From Kiritimatiellia bacterium (lineage in GTDB: Bacteria > Verrucomicrobiota > Kiritimatiellia > RFP12 > DVOR01), in NCBI GenBank assembly GCA_031553315.1, contig JAVBLT010000020.1:20856-84855 (forward strand): DNA of 64,000 nt. Reading direction: 5' to 3'. Shown here in pieces: positions 55,788-64,000 of the stretch. The translations under genes and the position numbers were made by a program. The notes under the pieces are model-generated. The model saw nothing but the letters and a program-made list of their open reading frames with translations. It made no database searches and was not told where the DNA came from. How positions within the stretch are numbered: position 1 is the first letter of the stretch; the number at the start of each line of letters is the position of its first letter.

Positions 55788-56527
55788 GGTTCATGACAAC
55801 TTAAGCGGGTCGTTTCGCAGTAACTTTAAAAGCATCTTATAAGTGTCAGCCTTCCGATAATTGAATCGGAACTCACACTCCTTTAAATGCAAGTAAAAGG
55901 TATTTTTAGAGATCCCTTTGAATTTTGCAAGCCTCGTTTTTGCAAGTCCCCAAAAATTCTCAATCCCGTTGATATGGGCCTGGCCGACGGCAAACTGATT
56001 CTCACCGTGTTTTACGCGATAATGCCGCCGATACCCAAAATCAACCAGCCCATCATAGGTGCGAAAACCATCGGTATAGACGACCACATCGTGGCCGACG
56101 TGATTGCTGATAATCGGATAAAGTTCTTTCACTGAACAGGTTTTAACCACTTGCGTATAAACCTTTCCGCCGCGTTTGATCAACCCGAAAACAATTTGTT
56201 TCCCTCGTGCGCCTCGCCCACGGATTCCCCGCACGCGCCTGGCTCCGAAATAGCTTTCATCCATTTCAACGCTTTCCTGTTCAAACGGGCTTTCCTGTTC
56301 ACACAGCCAGGCAATGCACACGCGCAGGGCTTTTAAAACACGATTGACCGTATTGCGGCTCAGCCCTGTCAAACCCGCAATTTTAACCGCTTTAATATCG
56401 TTAACAAAGTAACAAACAAGTGCTCGCGTTTGAGCCTCCGAAATTCGAGAACGAACGATATACTTATTAGCCATTGAAATCATGATAGCTTATCCTGAAT
56501 TTTATTCAAGTTAAGTTGTCATGAACC
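55788..56527 (-). mobile_element. IS1595-family insertion sequence (IS1016-like size), 740 bp, intact
   Basis: 17-bp perfect terminal inverted repeats GGTTCATGACAACTTAA. 8-bp target duplication AAAAGAAA at 55780-55787 and 56528-56535. Confidence 0.93.
55791..56474 (-). CDS. IS1595 family transposase
   Basis: EMDESYFG, RGRGA, VYTD, HINGIENFW and LKECEFRFN motifs. Alternative start at 56483. Confidence 0.93.
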   Translation of the reverse strand: MANKYIVRSRISEAQTRALVCYFVNDIKAVKIAGLTGLSRNTVNRVLKALRVCIAWLCEQESPFEQESVEMDESYFGARRVRGIRGRGARGKQIVFGLIKRGGKVYTQVVKTCSVKELYPIISNHVGHDVVVYTDGFRTYDGLVDFGYRRHYRVKHGENQFAVGQAHINGIENFWGLAKTRLAKFKGISKNTFYLHLKECEFRFNYRKADTYKMLLKLLRNDPLKLS

Positions 56528-56532
56528 AAAAG

Positions 56533-56560
56533 AAAAAACGCCTCTGACTTGGGCGTTTTT
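56533..56560 (-). terminator. Intrinsic terminator of the toxin-antitoxin operon
   Basis: Minus strand aaaaacgccc-aagtcaga-ggcgtttttt. Confidence 0.7.
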
Positions 56561-56596
56561 CGAGGAAATATCGTTTGTCGGAAATCAGTGGAAGGA

Positions 56597-56902
56597 TCAG
56601 CCGAATAGAATCCGCGTGCAATCCCGGCGAGTATAGAGAACGCGGATGATGCGGGCGGTGTTGGTTTCAAGGTAGTAAAAAATGCGATACTGACCACACA
56701 GAAGCGAACGGTAGGGTGTGGAAATTCCGATTGGCGAAAACTCAACGCCGGATTGAGGAAAGGTACGCAATCGATGGGTGGCTTCGAGAATGGCGGTGAG
56801 TGTTTTGGTAGCGGCCTCTGGATTCAAACACTCTTCGCCAAGATAAGATCGAATCGCCTGAAGGTCGCGCAAAGCCTCAGGGACAAAGTGGACATCATAC
56901 AT
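56597..56902 (-). CDS. RelE/ParE family toxin
   Basis: MYDVHFVPEALRDLQAI..L.TFPQSG..YRIFY..IIRVLYTRRD; overlaps the antitoxin stop. Confidence 0.88.
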   Translation of the reverse strand: MYDVHFVPEALRDLQAIRSYLGEECLNPEAATKTLTAILEATHRLRTFPQSGVEFSPIGISTPYRSLLCGQYRIFYYLETNTARIIRVLYTRRDCTRILFG

Positions 56903-57152
56903 GGTGAGGCAATCCGAGCGCGGTTTCCACTTCGGCTTGAGTGAGCCATCCTTCCTCGCGCGCGGAAGCTTCGCCTTGCGCAAGCAACCGGAGGAGCTCC
57001 AATGTGGCTTGGGTTTTCTCGTAGTCTTCGTGGTCAATCATGACGTAACGCCCGCGACCATTTTTTGTGAGAAAAACCGGTTGCCCGGTGGTGATGTCTT
57101 TCAAAACGGTATTGTAATTGCGTAAATCGGAAACGGGTTTGATGATGGGCAT
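56895..57152 (-). CDS. Phd/YefM family antitoxin
   Basis: MPIIKPVSDLRNY..PVFLTKNGRG motif; GGAGG RBS. Confidence 0.9.
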   Translation of the reverse strand: MPIIKPVSDLRNYNTVLKDITTGQPVFLTKNGRGRYVMIDHEDYEKTQATLELLRLLAQGEASAREEGWLTQAEVETALGLPHHV

Positions 57153-57161
57153 ATGACCTCC

Positions 57162-57202
57162 TTTGATGTCAAAAAGATAGCACAATTTTTCGCAGTATTC
57201 AA
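57162..57202 (-). promoter_or_regulatory. Putative TA promoter with operator palindrome
   Basis: TTGAAT-17 nt-TATCTT with an extended TG, followed by the inverted repeat TTTGA-ca-TCAAA. Confidence 0.55.
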
Positions 57203-57211
57203 CAGCGTTTT

Positions 57212-58051
57212 TTAGGGTTGCCGCTGGAAGGTGGTCGGGTCTTGGGGGGTAATGGCGAAGTTGGGTTTCCAATTGGGTGAGGCGCTGTAGAAGGTGTTGG
57301 GGGTATGGAAGGTGATGGTGTCGATCACGGATTGAGTGAAGCCGTCGGCTTTGAGCTGGGCGACCACGTTGATGAGGCTGAGGGGATCGGAGATGCCCCA
57401 GTCGGCGGAGCCGTTGACGATGACGCGGTGGTGGCCGTGCTCGCGGATCATGGCGGAGGCGCGGGCGGGATCGAGCTTGGAGTAGGGGTAGACGGTCATG
57501 CCGGCGTAGCAGCCGCTTTCGAGGGCGAGGGCGATGGTTTCTTCCACGTTGTGGTCAATGTCGATCCGCTCGACGGTGAGGCATTCGGTTTTGATGATTT
57601 CGAGCACGCGCGTGATGCCTTTGAGCTTCTGCGTGTGCGGCAGGTGCAGCACGATGGGCATTTTGCGCGCTTCGGCCATGAGGAGCTGGCGCACGAGGGC
57701 GTGTTCTTCGTTGGGGGTGATGAGGTTGAAGCCGATTTCGCCGAGGGCCACGCAGCGGGGGTGGTCGAGGTAGTCGCCCATGCCGTCGATGACTTCATCG
57801 GCGAGCCTGCGGTCTTCGGCTTCTTTGGGGTTCATGCCGATGGCGCTGAAGTGGTCGATGCCGAAGCGGGCGGCGCGCTGGGTCTCAAACTCGAGTGAAA
57901 GCCGGAAATAATCGAAGAAGGAGCCGGCATAGCGGCGGTTGGCGCCGAGCCAGAAGGAGGGCTCCACGCAGGCGCGGATGCCGGCGGCGTGCATGGCCAT
58001 GTATTCGTCGGTGGTGCGGGAAATCATGTGGATGTGAGGTTCGATCATCAT
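57212..58051 (-). CDS. TatD-family metallohydrolase, EboB-like
   Basis: PHIHMISRTTDEY, EPSFWLG, NPKEA, GEIG, HLPH, IDH and SADWGISDPL motifs. Confidence 0.82.
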   Translation of the reverse strand: MMIEPHIHMISRTTDEYMAMHAAGIRACVEPSFWLGANRRYAGSFFDYFRLSLEFETQRAARFGIDHFSAIGMNPKEAEDRRLADEVIDGMGDYLDHPRCVALGEIGFNLITPNEEHALVRQLLMAEARKMPIVLHLPHTQKLKGITRVLEIIKTECLTVERIDIDHNVEETIALALESGCYAGMTVYPYSKLDPARASAMIREHGHHRVIVNGSADWGISDPLSLINVVAQLKADGFTQSVIDTITFHTPNTFYSASPNWKPNFAITPQDPTTFQRQP

Positions 58052-58560
58052 GGCTGGGTCTCTTTCTTGAGCGATTCAAAGCGTTCGGGGGGGATGTGGC
58101 AGTAACCGCCTGGATTTTTGACGAGGTATTTCTGATGGTACTCCTCGGCCGGGTAAAAACAGCTTAACGGTTCGCATTCGATTGCGATGGGGTGGGTCAA
58201 GCGGGTTTGCAGGGTGGCGAGGGAGGCGCGGATTTCCGCTTCGTCGGCGGGGTCGGTGAAGTAGATGCCGGTGCGGTATTGGGTGCCGGCGTCGGGCCCT
58301 TGGCGGTTGAGCGAGGTGGGGTCGATGAGTGTGTAGAATTCTTCGAGCAGGCCGCGCAGGCTGATGCGATCCGAATCATACACCGTTTCGACGGTTTCGG
58401 CGTGCCGGGTGAGGCCGGTGCACACTTCTTCATAGGTGGGGTTGGCGGTAACGCCGTTGGCATAACCCGCTTGGGTGCGCATCACGCCGGGGAGTTGCGC
58501 AAGGTAGTGGTCGGTGCCCCAAAAGCACCCGCCTGCAAGATAAATGGTTCTTTCGGTCAT
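58048..58560 (-). CDS. msrA: Peptide methionine sulfoxide reductase A
   Basis: GGCFWG, GYANG, QYRTGIY and AEEYHQKYL motifs. Confidence 0.95.
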   Translation of the reverse strand: MTERTIYLAGGCFWGTDHYLAQLPGVMRTQAGYANGVTANPTYEEVCTGLTRHAETVETVYDSDRISLRGLLEEFYTLIDPTSLNRQGPDAGTQYRTGIYFTDPADEAEIRASLATLQTRLTHPIAIECEPLSCFYPAEEYHQKYLVKNPGGYCHIPPERFESLKKETQP

Positions 58561-59126
58561 TTGATTCCTCCTTTTTCGGCGGCGGCGAACCAGCGGGCGG
58601 CCTGTTTGGGATTGTAGAGGTCTTTTTGTGCGGGGTCTTGGCAGAAGAGGCCCATTTGATGCTGGGAGGGGGCGAAGCCGTGGGTGGCGGCTTCGTAGAA
58701 GAGGTCGAGGGCTTTTTGGAAATCTTTGGGGGTGCCGCGGCCGTGGAGGTGGCAGAGGGCGAGGGCGTGGATGGCGTCGAGGGTTTTTTCTGCGGCGGCT
58801 TTTCGGTAGAGCGCGAAGGCTTCCCCATGATTCCCGATCGCGGAAAAATGCTGGGCGAGGGTATAGGCGGCGAGGGGGTGGCCTTGGGCGAGGGCTTTGC
58901 GGAGCCAGAACTCGTGTTGGGGGGAATCGGAGGATTTTTTATGCAGGGTGGCGAGGAGGAAGGCGGCGTTGGGCAAGGTGTCGGCGGCTTTGGGGAGCCA
59001 GTGGAGGGCTTCGGCGATGTTGCCTTCTTTGAGGGCGCGGAGGGCGAGGTGCAGCATGGCTTCGGCATCGCCTTGCCGGGCGCGAGCCGCTACTTTCAGG
59101 AGAATTTCATCGGGTGGGGGTGTCAT
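58557..59126 (-). CDS. Sel1-like repeat protein
   Basis: LALCHLHGRGTPKDFQKA..AATHG and related repeats. Confidence 0.85.
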   Translation of the reverse strand: MTPPPDEILLKVAARARQGDAEAMLHLALRALKEGNIAEALHWLPKAADTLPNAAFLLATLHKKSSDSPQHEFWLRKALAQGHPLAAYTLAQHFSAIGNHGEAFALYRKAAAEKTLDAIHALALCHLHGRGTPKDFQKALDLFYEAATHGFAPSQHQMGLFCQDPAQKDLYNPKQAARWFAAAEKGGIK

Positions 59127-59128
59127 GG

Positions 59129-59278
59129 TTACTTTGCGCCTCGAAGGAGGCGGAGGAGTTCTTTTTGGGTTTCGGCGATGCGGTAATAGTCTCGCAGCGA
59201 ACGGGCGGTTTCGGGCGGGAAGGGGCGGAAGGCGTCGATTTCAGCTTTGTAGTGTTCGCAGAGGGTAAAATCGTTCAT
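59129..59278 (-). pseudogene. 49-aa ORF, probable internally deleted Fic-family gene
   Basis: Translates to MNDFTLCEHYKAEIDAFRPFPPETARSLRDYYRIAETQKELLRLLRGAK; translationally coupled to the upstream gene. Confidence 0.6.
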
Positions 59279-60171
59279 GGGGTTTCCTCGAAGCCGGGGA
59301 CGCGGCGGGCGGCGGGCTCGGTCTGGGCGATGCGGCCAAGGGCGGCTCGGATGACGGTTTCGGTCTGGCCGAAGTGGTGGGCGAACTGGGGGATGGTGAG
59401 GGGGTGGCGGATGAGGAGCTCGCGGAGGGCGGTTTCGGTGTAGGGTGAGGTGGCGATGGGGGTCTGCCGGGGGGCGGCGGCTTGGGCGAAGAGGGTGCGG
59501 AGCTCGGCGAGGCGCTGGGGGGAGAGGGGCTTTACGCTGGAATCGGCGGGGGGGCGCTCGGCGGTGTTGAGGGTGACGGTGTCGGGGCGGATGGTCTGCA
59601 AAATGGCGAGGATGCGCCGGGTCTGGTCGGGGGAATCGTTGACGCCGGGGATGAGGAAGACTTCGACGTCGAGCTGGCCGGTGTAGGTTTGGCGGAAGGC
59701 GCGGTAGGCTTCGACAATGGCGGCGAAATCGAGGCCGGTCTGTGGGCGGGTGATGGTTTCAAAGGAGGCCTGATCCCAGCTGTGGAGGGAGACTTTGACT
59801 CGCGAGGCGAGGGCGGCGTCGCGCCGCACGCGGGGGTCGGTGAAGAGGGAGCCGTTGGACATGAGGAGGGAGGGGTAGGGGGTCTCTTCGCGGATGAAGC
59901 GGAGCACGTCGCCGAAATGGAGGTGGAGGGTGGGTTCGCCGGAGCCGCAGAGGGTGAGGATGTCGGCGGGTTCGCCTTGGGCGAGCCAGGCGCGGAGCTG
60001 GGTGAGGATTTCCGCCACGGGGACCCAGTCTTTGCGCTCAAGGGTGGTGGCGGGGTTGGGGCCGAGCTGGCAGAAGGAGCAGTTGAAGGAGCAGGTTTTC
60101 ATGGGCACGATGTCGATACCCAGCGAGCGGCCGTAGCGGCGGGAGGGCACGGGGCCGAAGATGAGGTTCAT
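59275..60171 (-). CDS. Radical SAM protein (COG0731-like)
   Basis: FGPVPSRRYGRSLGID, CSFNCSFC and GSGEPTL motifs. Confidence 0.9.
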   Translation of the reverse strand: MNLIFGPVPSRRYGRSLGIDIVPMKTCSFNCSFCQLGPNPATTLERKDWVPVAEILTQLRAWLAQGEPADILTLCGSGEPTLHLHFGDVLRFIREETPYPSLLMSNGSLFTDPRVRRDAALASRVKVSLHSWDQASFETITRPQTGLDFAAIVEAYRAFRQTYTGQLDVEVFLIPGVNDSPDQTRRILAILQTIRPDTVTLNTAERPPADSSVKPLSPQRLAELRTLFAQAAAPRQTPIATSPYTETALRELLIRHPLTIPQFAHHFGQTETVIRAALGRIAQTEPAARRVPGFEETP

Positions 60172-61598
60172 GGCGTGTCTTTCCAAAGGGCGGTTGGGGC
60201 GGGGGCTTTGGCCTGGTTTTTGAGGGTGCGGGGGCCGTAGGGCACGGGGCCTTTGACGAGCTCGGGGACGTTGTAGGACTGGAGGCGCTCGAGGTGGTCG
60301 GCGGGGCGTTTCCGGGGGAGGATGAAGGGTTTTGTGAATGTGCCGGTTTCGGGGTCGAAGGCGGTGATGTGGGGGCGGGTTCGGGTGGCGTCGGGGCGGC
60401 GGCTGTTGAAGATGAGCCAGCGGCCGTTGGAGGACCAGGTTTCGTAGCTTTCGGCGTGGGGGCTGTTGAGCTCGGCGAGGGGGCGGATGGTCTTTTCGCG
60501 GGTGTCGTAAAGGAAGAGGTCGGAGGCGCTGTGCCAGATCTGGAAACAGCCGTAGGGGCCGATGGTCATGACGATCCAGCGGCCGTCGGGCGAGGGGCGG
60601 GGGTGGGTGATGCTTTTTGAGGGGCCGTCGATGAGGGTGACGGGGGGAGAGAAGGTGGCGGTTTCGGGGTCGAAGGCGCGGGCCACGAGGTCGTAGCAGA
60701 GGTTGGTGTAGACGGAGATGCTTTGGGCGAAACGCTCGGTTTTATCTTCGGGGATGCGGGTGACGGGGGGCTGGGCGCAGACGGTGTAGAGGGTGGTGCC
60801 GCAGGGGGACCAGGCGGGAAAGGTTTCGAAGCGGAGGGGGTCGAGGGAAACGGGGGTGAGGGTGTCGGTCTCAAGGTGGTAGAGGACGATGCCGGAGCGG
60901 GAATCGAGCACTTCCACTTTGTCGGGGTTGGCGGTGTAGAAGACCTGGGCGGTGTCGTTGACGGAGTAGGCGATGAAGGGGCGGGTGGGGTGCCAGGCGG
61001 GGTAGACGCCGGAGGCGTAGAGGGGGCCGGTTTTGAGGGAGCGTTTGCGGATGTCTTCTTTTCCGTTGAAGACGACGGTTCCGGGGGATTCGCCTCGGAG
61101 GTGGAATTGGAAGGTTTCCGGGTTTTTATCCTGGAAGGCGTGGCAGTTGACGCATTGCCGGGTGGTGAATTGTTCGTTGCGGTAAATGGGGGTTTCGACG
61201 AAGGAGGCGAGGTCGCGCTGGTAAATGCCCATGCGGCTGTAGCTTTCGTAGCTGGGGCCGATGAGGCGGTACACGAGGGTGGGGTCGATGGGGTGGCTGG
61301 AGACGGCGTAGGCGGTGGCGAGGGCTTCGACGCCGTTGGTGCGGATGGTGAGGGTGAGGTCGGAACCGGCGTTTTGGGCGAGGAGGTCGCGCCAGGCGCG
61401 GAGGGGGTAGCGGAGCTCGGAGCCTTTGAGGGTGATGGCTTTGCCGCGGGGGCCGGAAAGGGTGGTTTCGGTGGAGGCGCCGGGGGGGATGCCGAGGATG
61501 TCGGCATTGAGGGGGGCGATGTTGGGGGGGAGGGTGAGGGCGGTGTAGTCGGGGTCGAGGGCCACGCCGCTCATGAGAAGAAGGGCGGTGCGAATCAT
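60168..61598 (-). CDS. TolB/PD40-like beta-propeller protein with a CxxCH motif
   Basis: PPNIAPLN, CVNCH, YPAWHP, FPAWSP, PRPSPDG and WSSNGRW motifs. The real start is MIRT at 61598. Confidence 0.75.
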   Translation of the reverse strand: MIRTALLLMSGVALDPDYTALTLPPNIAPLNADILGIPPGASTETTLSGPRGKAITLKGSELRYPLRAWRDLLAQNAGSDLTLTIRTNGVEALATAYAVSSHPIDPTLVYRLIGPSYESYSRMGIYQRDLASFVETPIYRNEQFTTRQCVNCHAFQDKNPETFQFHLRGESPGTVVFNGKEDIRKRSLKTGPLYASGVYPAWHPTRPFIAYSVNDTAQVFYTANPDKVEVLDSRSGIVLYHLETDTLTPVSLDPLRFETFPAWSPCGTTLYTVCAQPPVTRIPEDKTERFAQSISVYTNLCYDLVARAFDPETATFSPPVTLIDGPSKSITHPRPSPDGRWIVMTIGPYGCFQIWHSASDLFLYDTREKTIRPLAELNSPHAESYETWSSNGRWLIFNSRRPDATRTRPHITAFDPETGTFTKPFILPRKRPADHLERLQSYNVPELVKGPVPYGPRTLKNQAKAPAPTALWKDTP

Positions 61599-63451
61599 GG
61601 CTGGAATCCTTTGTAGAAGGGGTAGGCGTCGCGGTAGGTTTTGCTGAAGGCCTCGCGGTCGGCCGGGGTGGTTCCGGGGGCGAGGAGGCGGCGGGCGTCG
61701 CGCTGGAAGCGCTGGAAACGCTGCACCACGGCCGGGTCGAACGCATCGGGCGGGATGGTGCGGGGGTGGTCGGCGGCGGGGATTTCCGCGAGGGCGGTGA
61801 GGAGGGCTTCCTGATAGTAGCGGGGGAGGGGGCGGGTTGGATCGGGGCGCAGGCGGAGGAGGGTCTCGAGGTTTTCGAGCACGGAACGGGGGTTGTTGAG
61901 GAGGAGGTTGGCGGCGAGGTGGAGGTGGAGGGTGGTTTCGTTGGCTTTGCGCATGATGGCGTAGCGGTTGTAGATGATGTCTTCCACGTTGTGGTTTTTT
62001 TCGAAGACGGGGTTCGCCGGGTCTTGGCTGAGGCATGTGAAGAGATCGTAGACGGTGAGGAGCTCGGGGTCTTCCACCCGGGCGGCGGGGTCTTTGGAGA
62101 GGCGGAGGCCTTCGGCGGCTTCTTTGCCGTAGAAGGGGCAGCGGGCGAGAAGGGTGAACCAGGCGCGGGCGGCGTCGAGCTCGCCGGTGATGAGGGCGAT
62201 GCGGCCGAGGTAGAGGAGGGTGTCGGGGGTCCAGGAGAGGTCTTCGGTTTTTTCCCAGCACCATTTGCGGGCGATCTGCACGAGGCCGTAGTGGTAAAGC
62301 AGGCGGAAGCCGTCGATCTTCATCGTGTCGATGGAGGTTGTGGTGTGTTTGGTCTGGATGGGGTAGGCGAGAAGGCGCTCGGGGAGGGCGCCGGTGCGGA
62401 AGAGCGCGAGGATGCGGTAGGCGGTGAGCGTGCGGTGGGGTTCGCGGTCTTTGGGGGTGGGAATGTTCAGCAGGGCCTTCCAGTCGCCGCGCTCGGCATG
62501 GGCCTCGGCGCGGATGATGGCAAAGAGGTTTTGGGTGTCTTTTTCCGCAGTGAAGAAGGCGAGGGCCGCAGCCGATAAAAAAGGAAAAAGGAAGATCACA
62601 GGGTGAAAAATCCACATGGAAAGGTTGAGGCGCAGGGCGTTGAAGATCGCGCAGAGGGCGGCGGCGGCGAGGATGGCGCCCGCGGCGATGTTCCACCAGA
62701 GGGCTTGCTCTTCGAAGAGCAGGATGGCGTTGACGGTGTAGGCGGTGTCGAAGGCATACGCGCCGTAGAGGAATTCGGCGCAGAGGCCGGGGACGGCGCC
62801 CGTGAGGAGGAGGGCCGCGGAGGCCGCCGCCCAGCGGCGCTGAACGAGCGCGTGGACGGCAATGAGCCCGTTGGCGAAGAGGGCGGGAACGCCCAGCGGC
62901 GGGTAGAGGGCGGCGGCCAGAAGCGGCACGCTGGGGGCGAAGCGGCGGGCGTGCTGCCAAAGCAGGTAAAGGAGAAGCGCGCAGGCCAGCCCCAGGAGGT
63001 GCAAAAAGGGGAAAGACGTCTGCTTGAAAAGGTATACGGAGAAGCCGAGGTGCCCCAGCTGGCAGAGGAAAAAGAGCGCGGGGAGCGGCGCGAGAAGCTG
63101 GGCGGCGCGGCTCCTGCGGAAGGCGAAACACCACAGCGCGGTCACGCCGGCGGAAAGCAGGGCGAGCGCGCCGATGCCGAGGGCGGGGCGCAGGCCGAGC
63201 GTGGTGAGGCCGCGGGAGAGATAGTCGAGAAACTCGCCGGGGCGCGGCGCGGTGAAGGCGAGCCAGGCGTCGTGCGCGGTTGCGAAGAAGAGCGTGCGGC
63301 GGGCGAGTTTCCCAAGAATGGGCTCGTAGCGGAGGCCTGCGATGAGGGTGACGATGACGGTGAGGCAAAGGGCGGGCGGAAGCGGGTGCGTGAGCCCGTT
63401 CGGGAGCCGGCGGTGGATGCCGGGTTCTTTCTGCTGATGCCGTTTTGCCAT
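61595..63451 (-). CDS. DUF6057-like membrane protein
   Basis: N-terminal TM bundle (LFF..PG..DYLS..LT) followed by a helical domain with LPRYYQEALL; typically paired with the TolB-like gene. Confidence 0.6.
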   Translation of the reverse strand: MAKRHQQKEPGIHRRLPNGLTHPLPPALCLTVIVTLIAGLRYEPILGKLARRTLFFATAHDAWLAFTAPRPGEFLDYLSRGLTTLGLRPALGIGALALLSAGVTALWCFAFRRSRAAQLLAPLPALFFLCQLGHLGFSVYLFKQTSFPFLHLLGLACALLLYLLWQHARRFAPSVPLLAAALYPPLGVPALFANGLIAVHALVQRRWAAASAALLLTGAVPGLCAEFLYGAYAFDTAYTVNAILLFEEQALWWNIAAGAILAAAALCAIFNALRLNLSMWIFHPVIFLFPFLSAAALAFFTAEKDTQNLFAIIRAEAHAERGDWKALLNIPTPKDREPHRTLTAYRILALFRTGALPERLLAYPIQTKHTTTSIDTMKIDGFRLLYHYGLVQIARKWCWEKTEDLSWTPDTLLYLGRIALITGELDAARAWFTLLARCPFYGKEAAEGLRLSKDPAARVEDPELLTVYDLFTCLSQDPANPVFEKNHNVEDIIYNRYAIMRKANETTLHLHLAANLLLNNPRSVLENLETLLRLRPDPTRPLPRYYQEALLTALAEIPAADHPRTIPPDAFDPAVVQRFQRFQRDARRLLAPGTTPADREAFSKTYRDAYPFYKGFQP

Positions 63452-63458
63452 GCGCGCC

Positions 63459-64000
63459 TCATGCGTTGTAATGGGCGAGGGTTTTTCGGGCTTCCTCAAC
63501 GGTGGTGAAGAGCTCGCTGTTGAGGCCGGCGGCGCGGGCGCCCTCCACATTGCGGATCGCGTCGTCGAAAAACAGGATGCGGTTGGGGGGCAGATTGAGC
63601 CGGTCGACGAGCTCCTGGTAGATGCCGAGGCTGGGCTTGACCTTTTTCACGCGGGCGGAGATGATCTCCACGTCGGAAAGGAGGCGGAATTCTTTGGCGC
63701 GCTCGAACCAGGGGAGGAATTCGAGGGGCATGTTGGTGAGGATGCCCAGCTTGTAGCCGGCGGTTTTGAGTTCGCGTGCCCAAACGAGGGTCGTGGGGTT
63801 GAGCTCGGCCCAGCTGTCGAGGTCGCGGGAGGCGATGGCCTGGCAGAAGGCGGGGGAGGGAGCGTCGATGCCGTTGTCCTGGAGAATGCGGCGGTACATA
63901 TCGGCGCCCGAAAGGAGGCCGCCGTCGAAATCAAGGCGGTAGCGCGCCCAGCCCTCGCGCACGGTCGCTTCGTCGAGCCCGGTTTGCTCCTGCATCCAGG
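63459..64000 (-). CDS. HAD-family phosphatase, 5' truncated
   Basis: GILTN, KP..IY and FFDD..NVEGA..AG motifs. Confidence 0.85.
   Translation of the reverse strand, partial: WMQEQTGLDEATVREGWARYRLDFDGGLLSGADMYRRILQDNGIDAPSPAFCQAIASRDLDSWAELNPTTLVWARELKTAGYKLGILTNMPLEFLPWFERAKEFRLLSDVEIISARVKKVKPSLGIYQELVDRLNLPPNRILFFDDAIRNVEGARAAGLNSELFTTVEEARKTLAHYNA

Noticed and set aside
61599-63368. N-terminal ~590 aa of the 1066-aa ORF 60168-63368
   Set aside because: Pro/Arg-rich off-frame read of the DUF6057-like gene; the real protein starts at 61598.
1-64000. CRISPR array, rRNA/tRNA, reverse transcriptase or prophage genes
   Set aside because: No regularly spaced repeats, RNA gene signatures or such protein motifs were recognised by eye.

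Overview
A high-GC bacterial chromosome segment. Gene content and the large secreted beta-repeat proteins suggest the PVC superphylum, possibly Kiritimatiellia/Lentisphaerae; this is inference. Housekeeping blocks: mrdA(partial)-rodA-rng-lptD; rpmH-rnpA-yidD-yidC; a short dcw block mraZ-rsmH-ftsL-ftsI that runs into a DedA/ATP-grasp fusion rather than murE; pmm-uvrD-uxaC-like; surA-rsmA; trmH. Accessory content: a deoC-like/FGGY kinase/SDR sugar operon, two tandem Tat-exported DUF2264 paralogs, a PEP-CTERM-like protein with a GQPLP tail, an AT-rich island (ubiquitin-like/TM/TPR gene, an intact 740-bp IS1595-family element, a Phd-RelE toxin-antitoxin pair) and a long minus-strand operon containing an internally deleted Fic remnant. 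The most striking feature is a 17.5-kb array of three giant secreted proteins. They have passenger-like repeats but no autotransporter barrel, all end in the same short G-hydrophobic-aromatic C-terminal motif (a candidate undescribed sorting signal), and they share a repeated ~200-aa domain I cannot name. Also notable are three copies of a ~163-bp palindromic MITE-like repeat and three full-length enzymes lacking catalytic residues. No rRNA, tRNA or CRISPR array was recognised.
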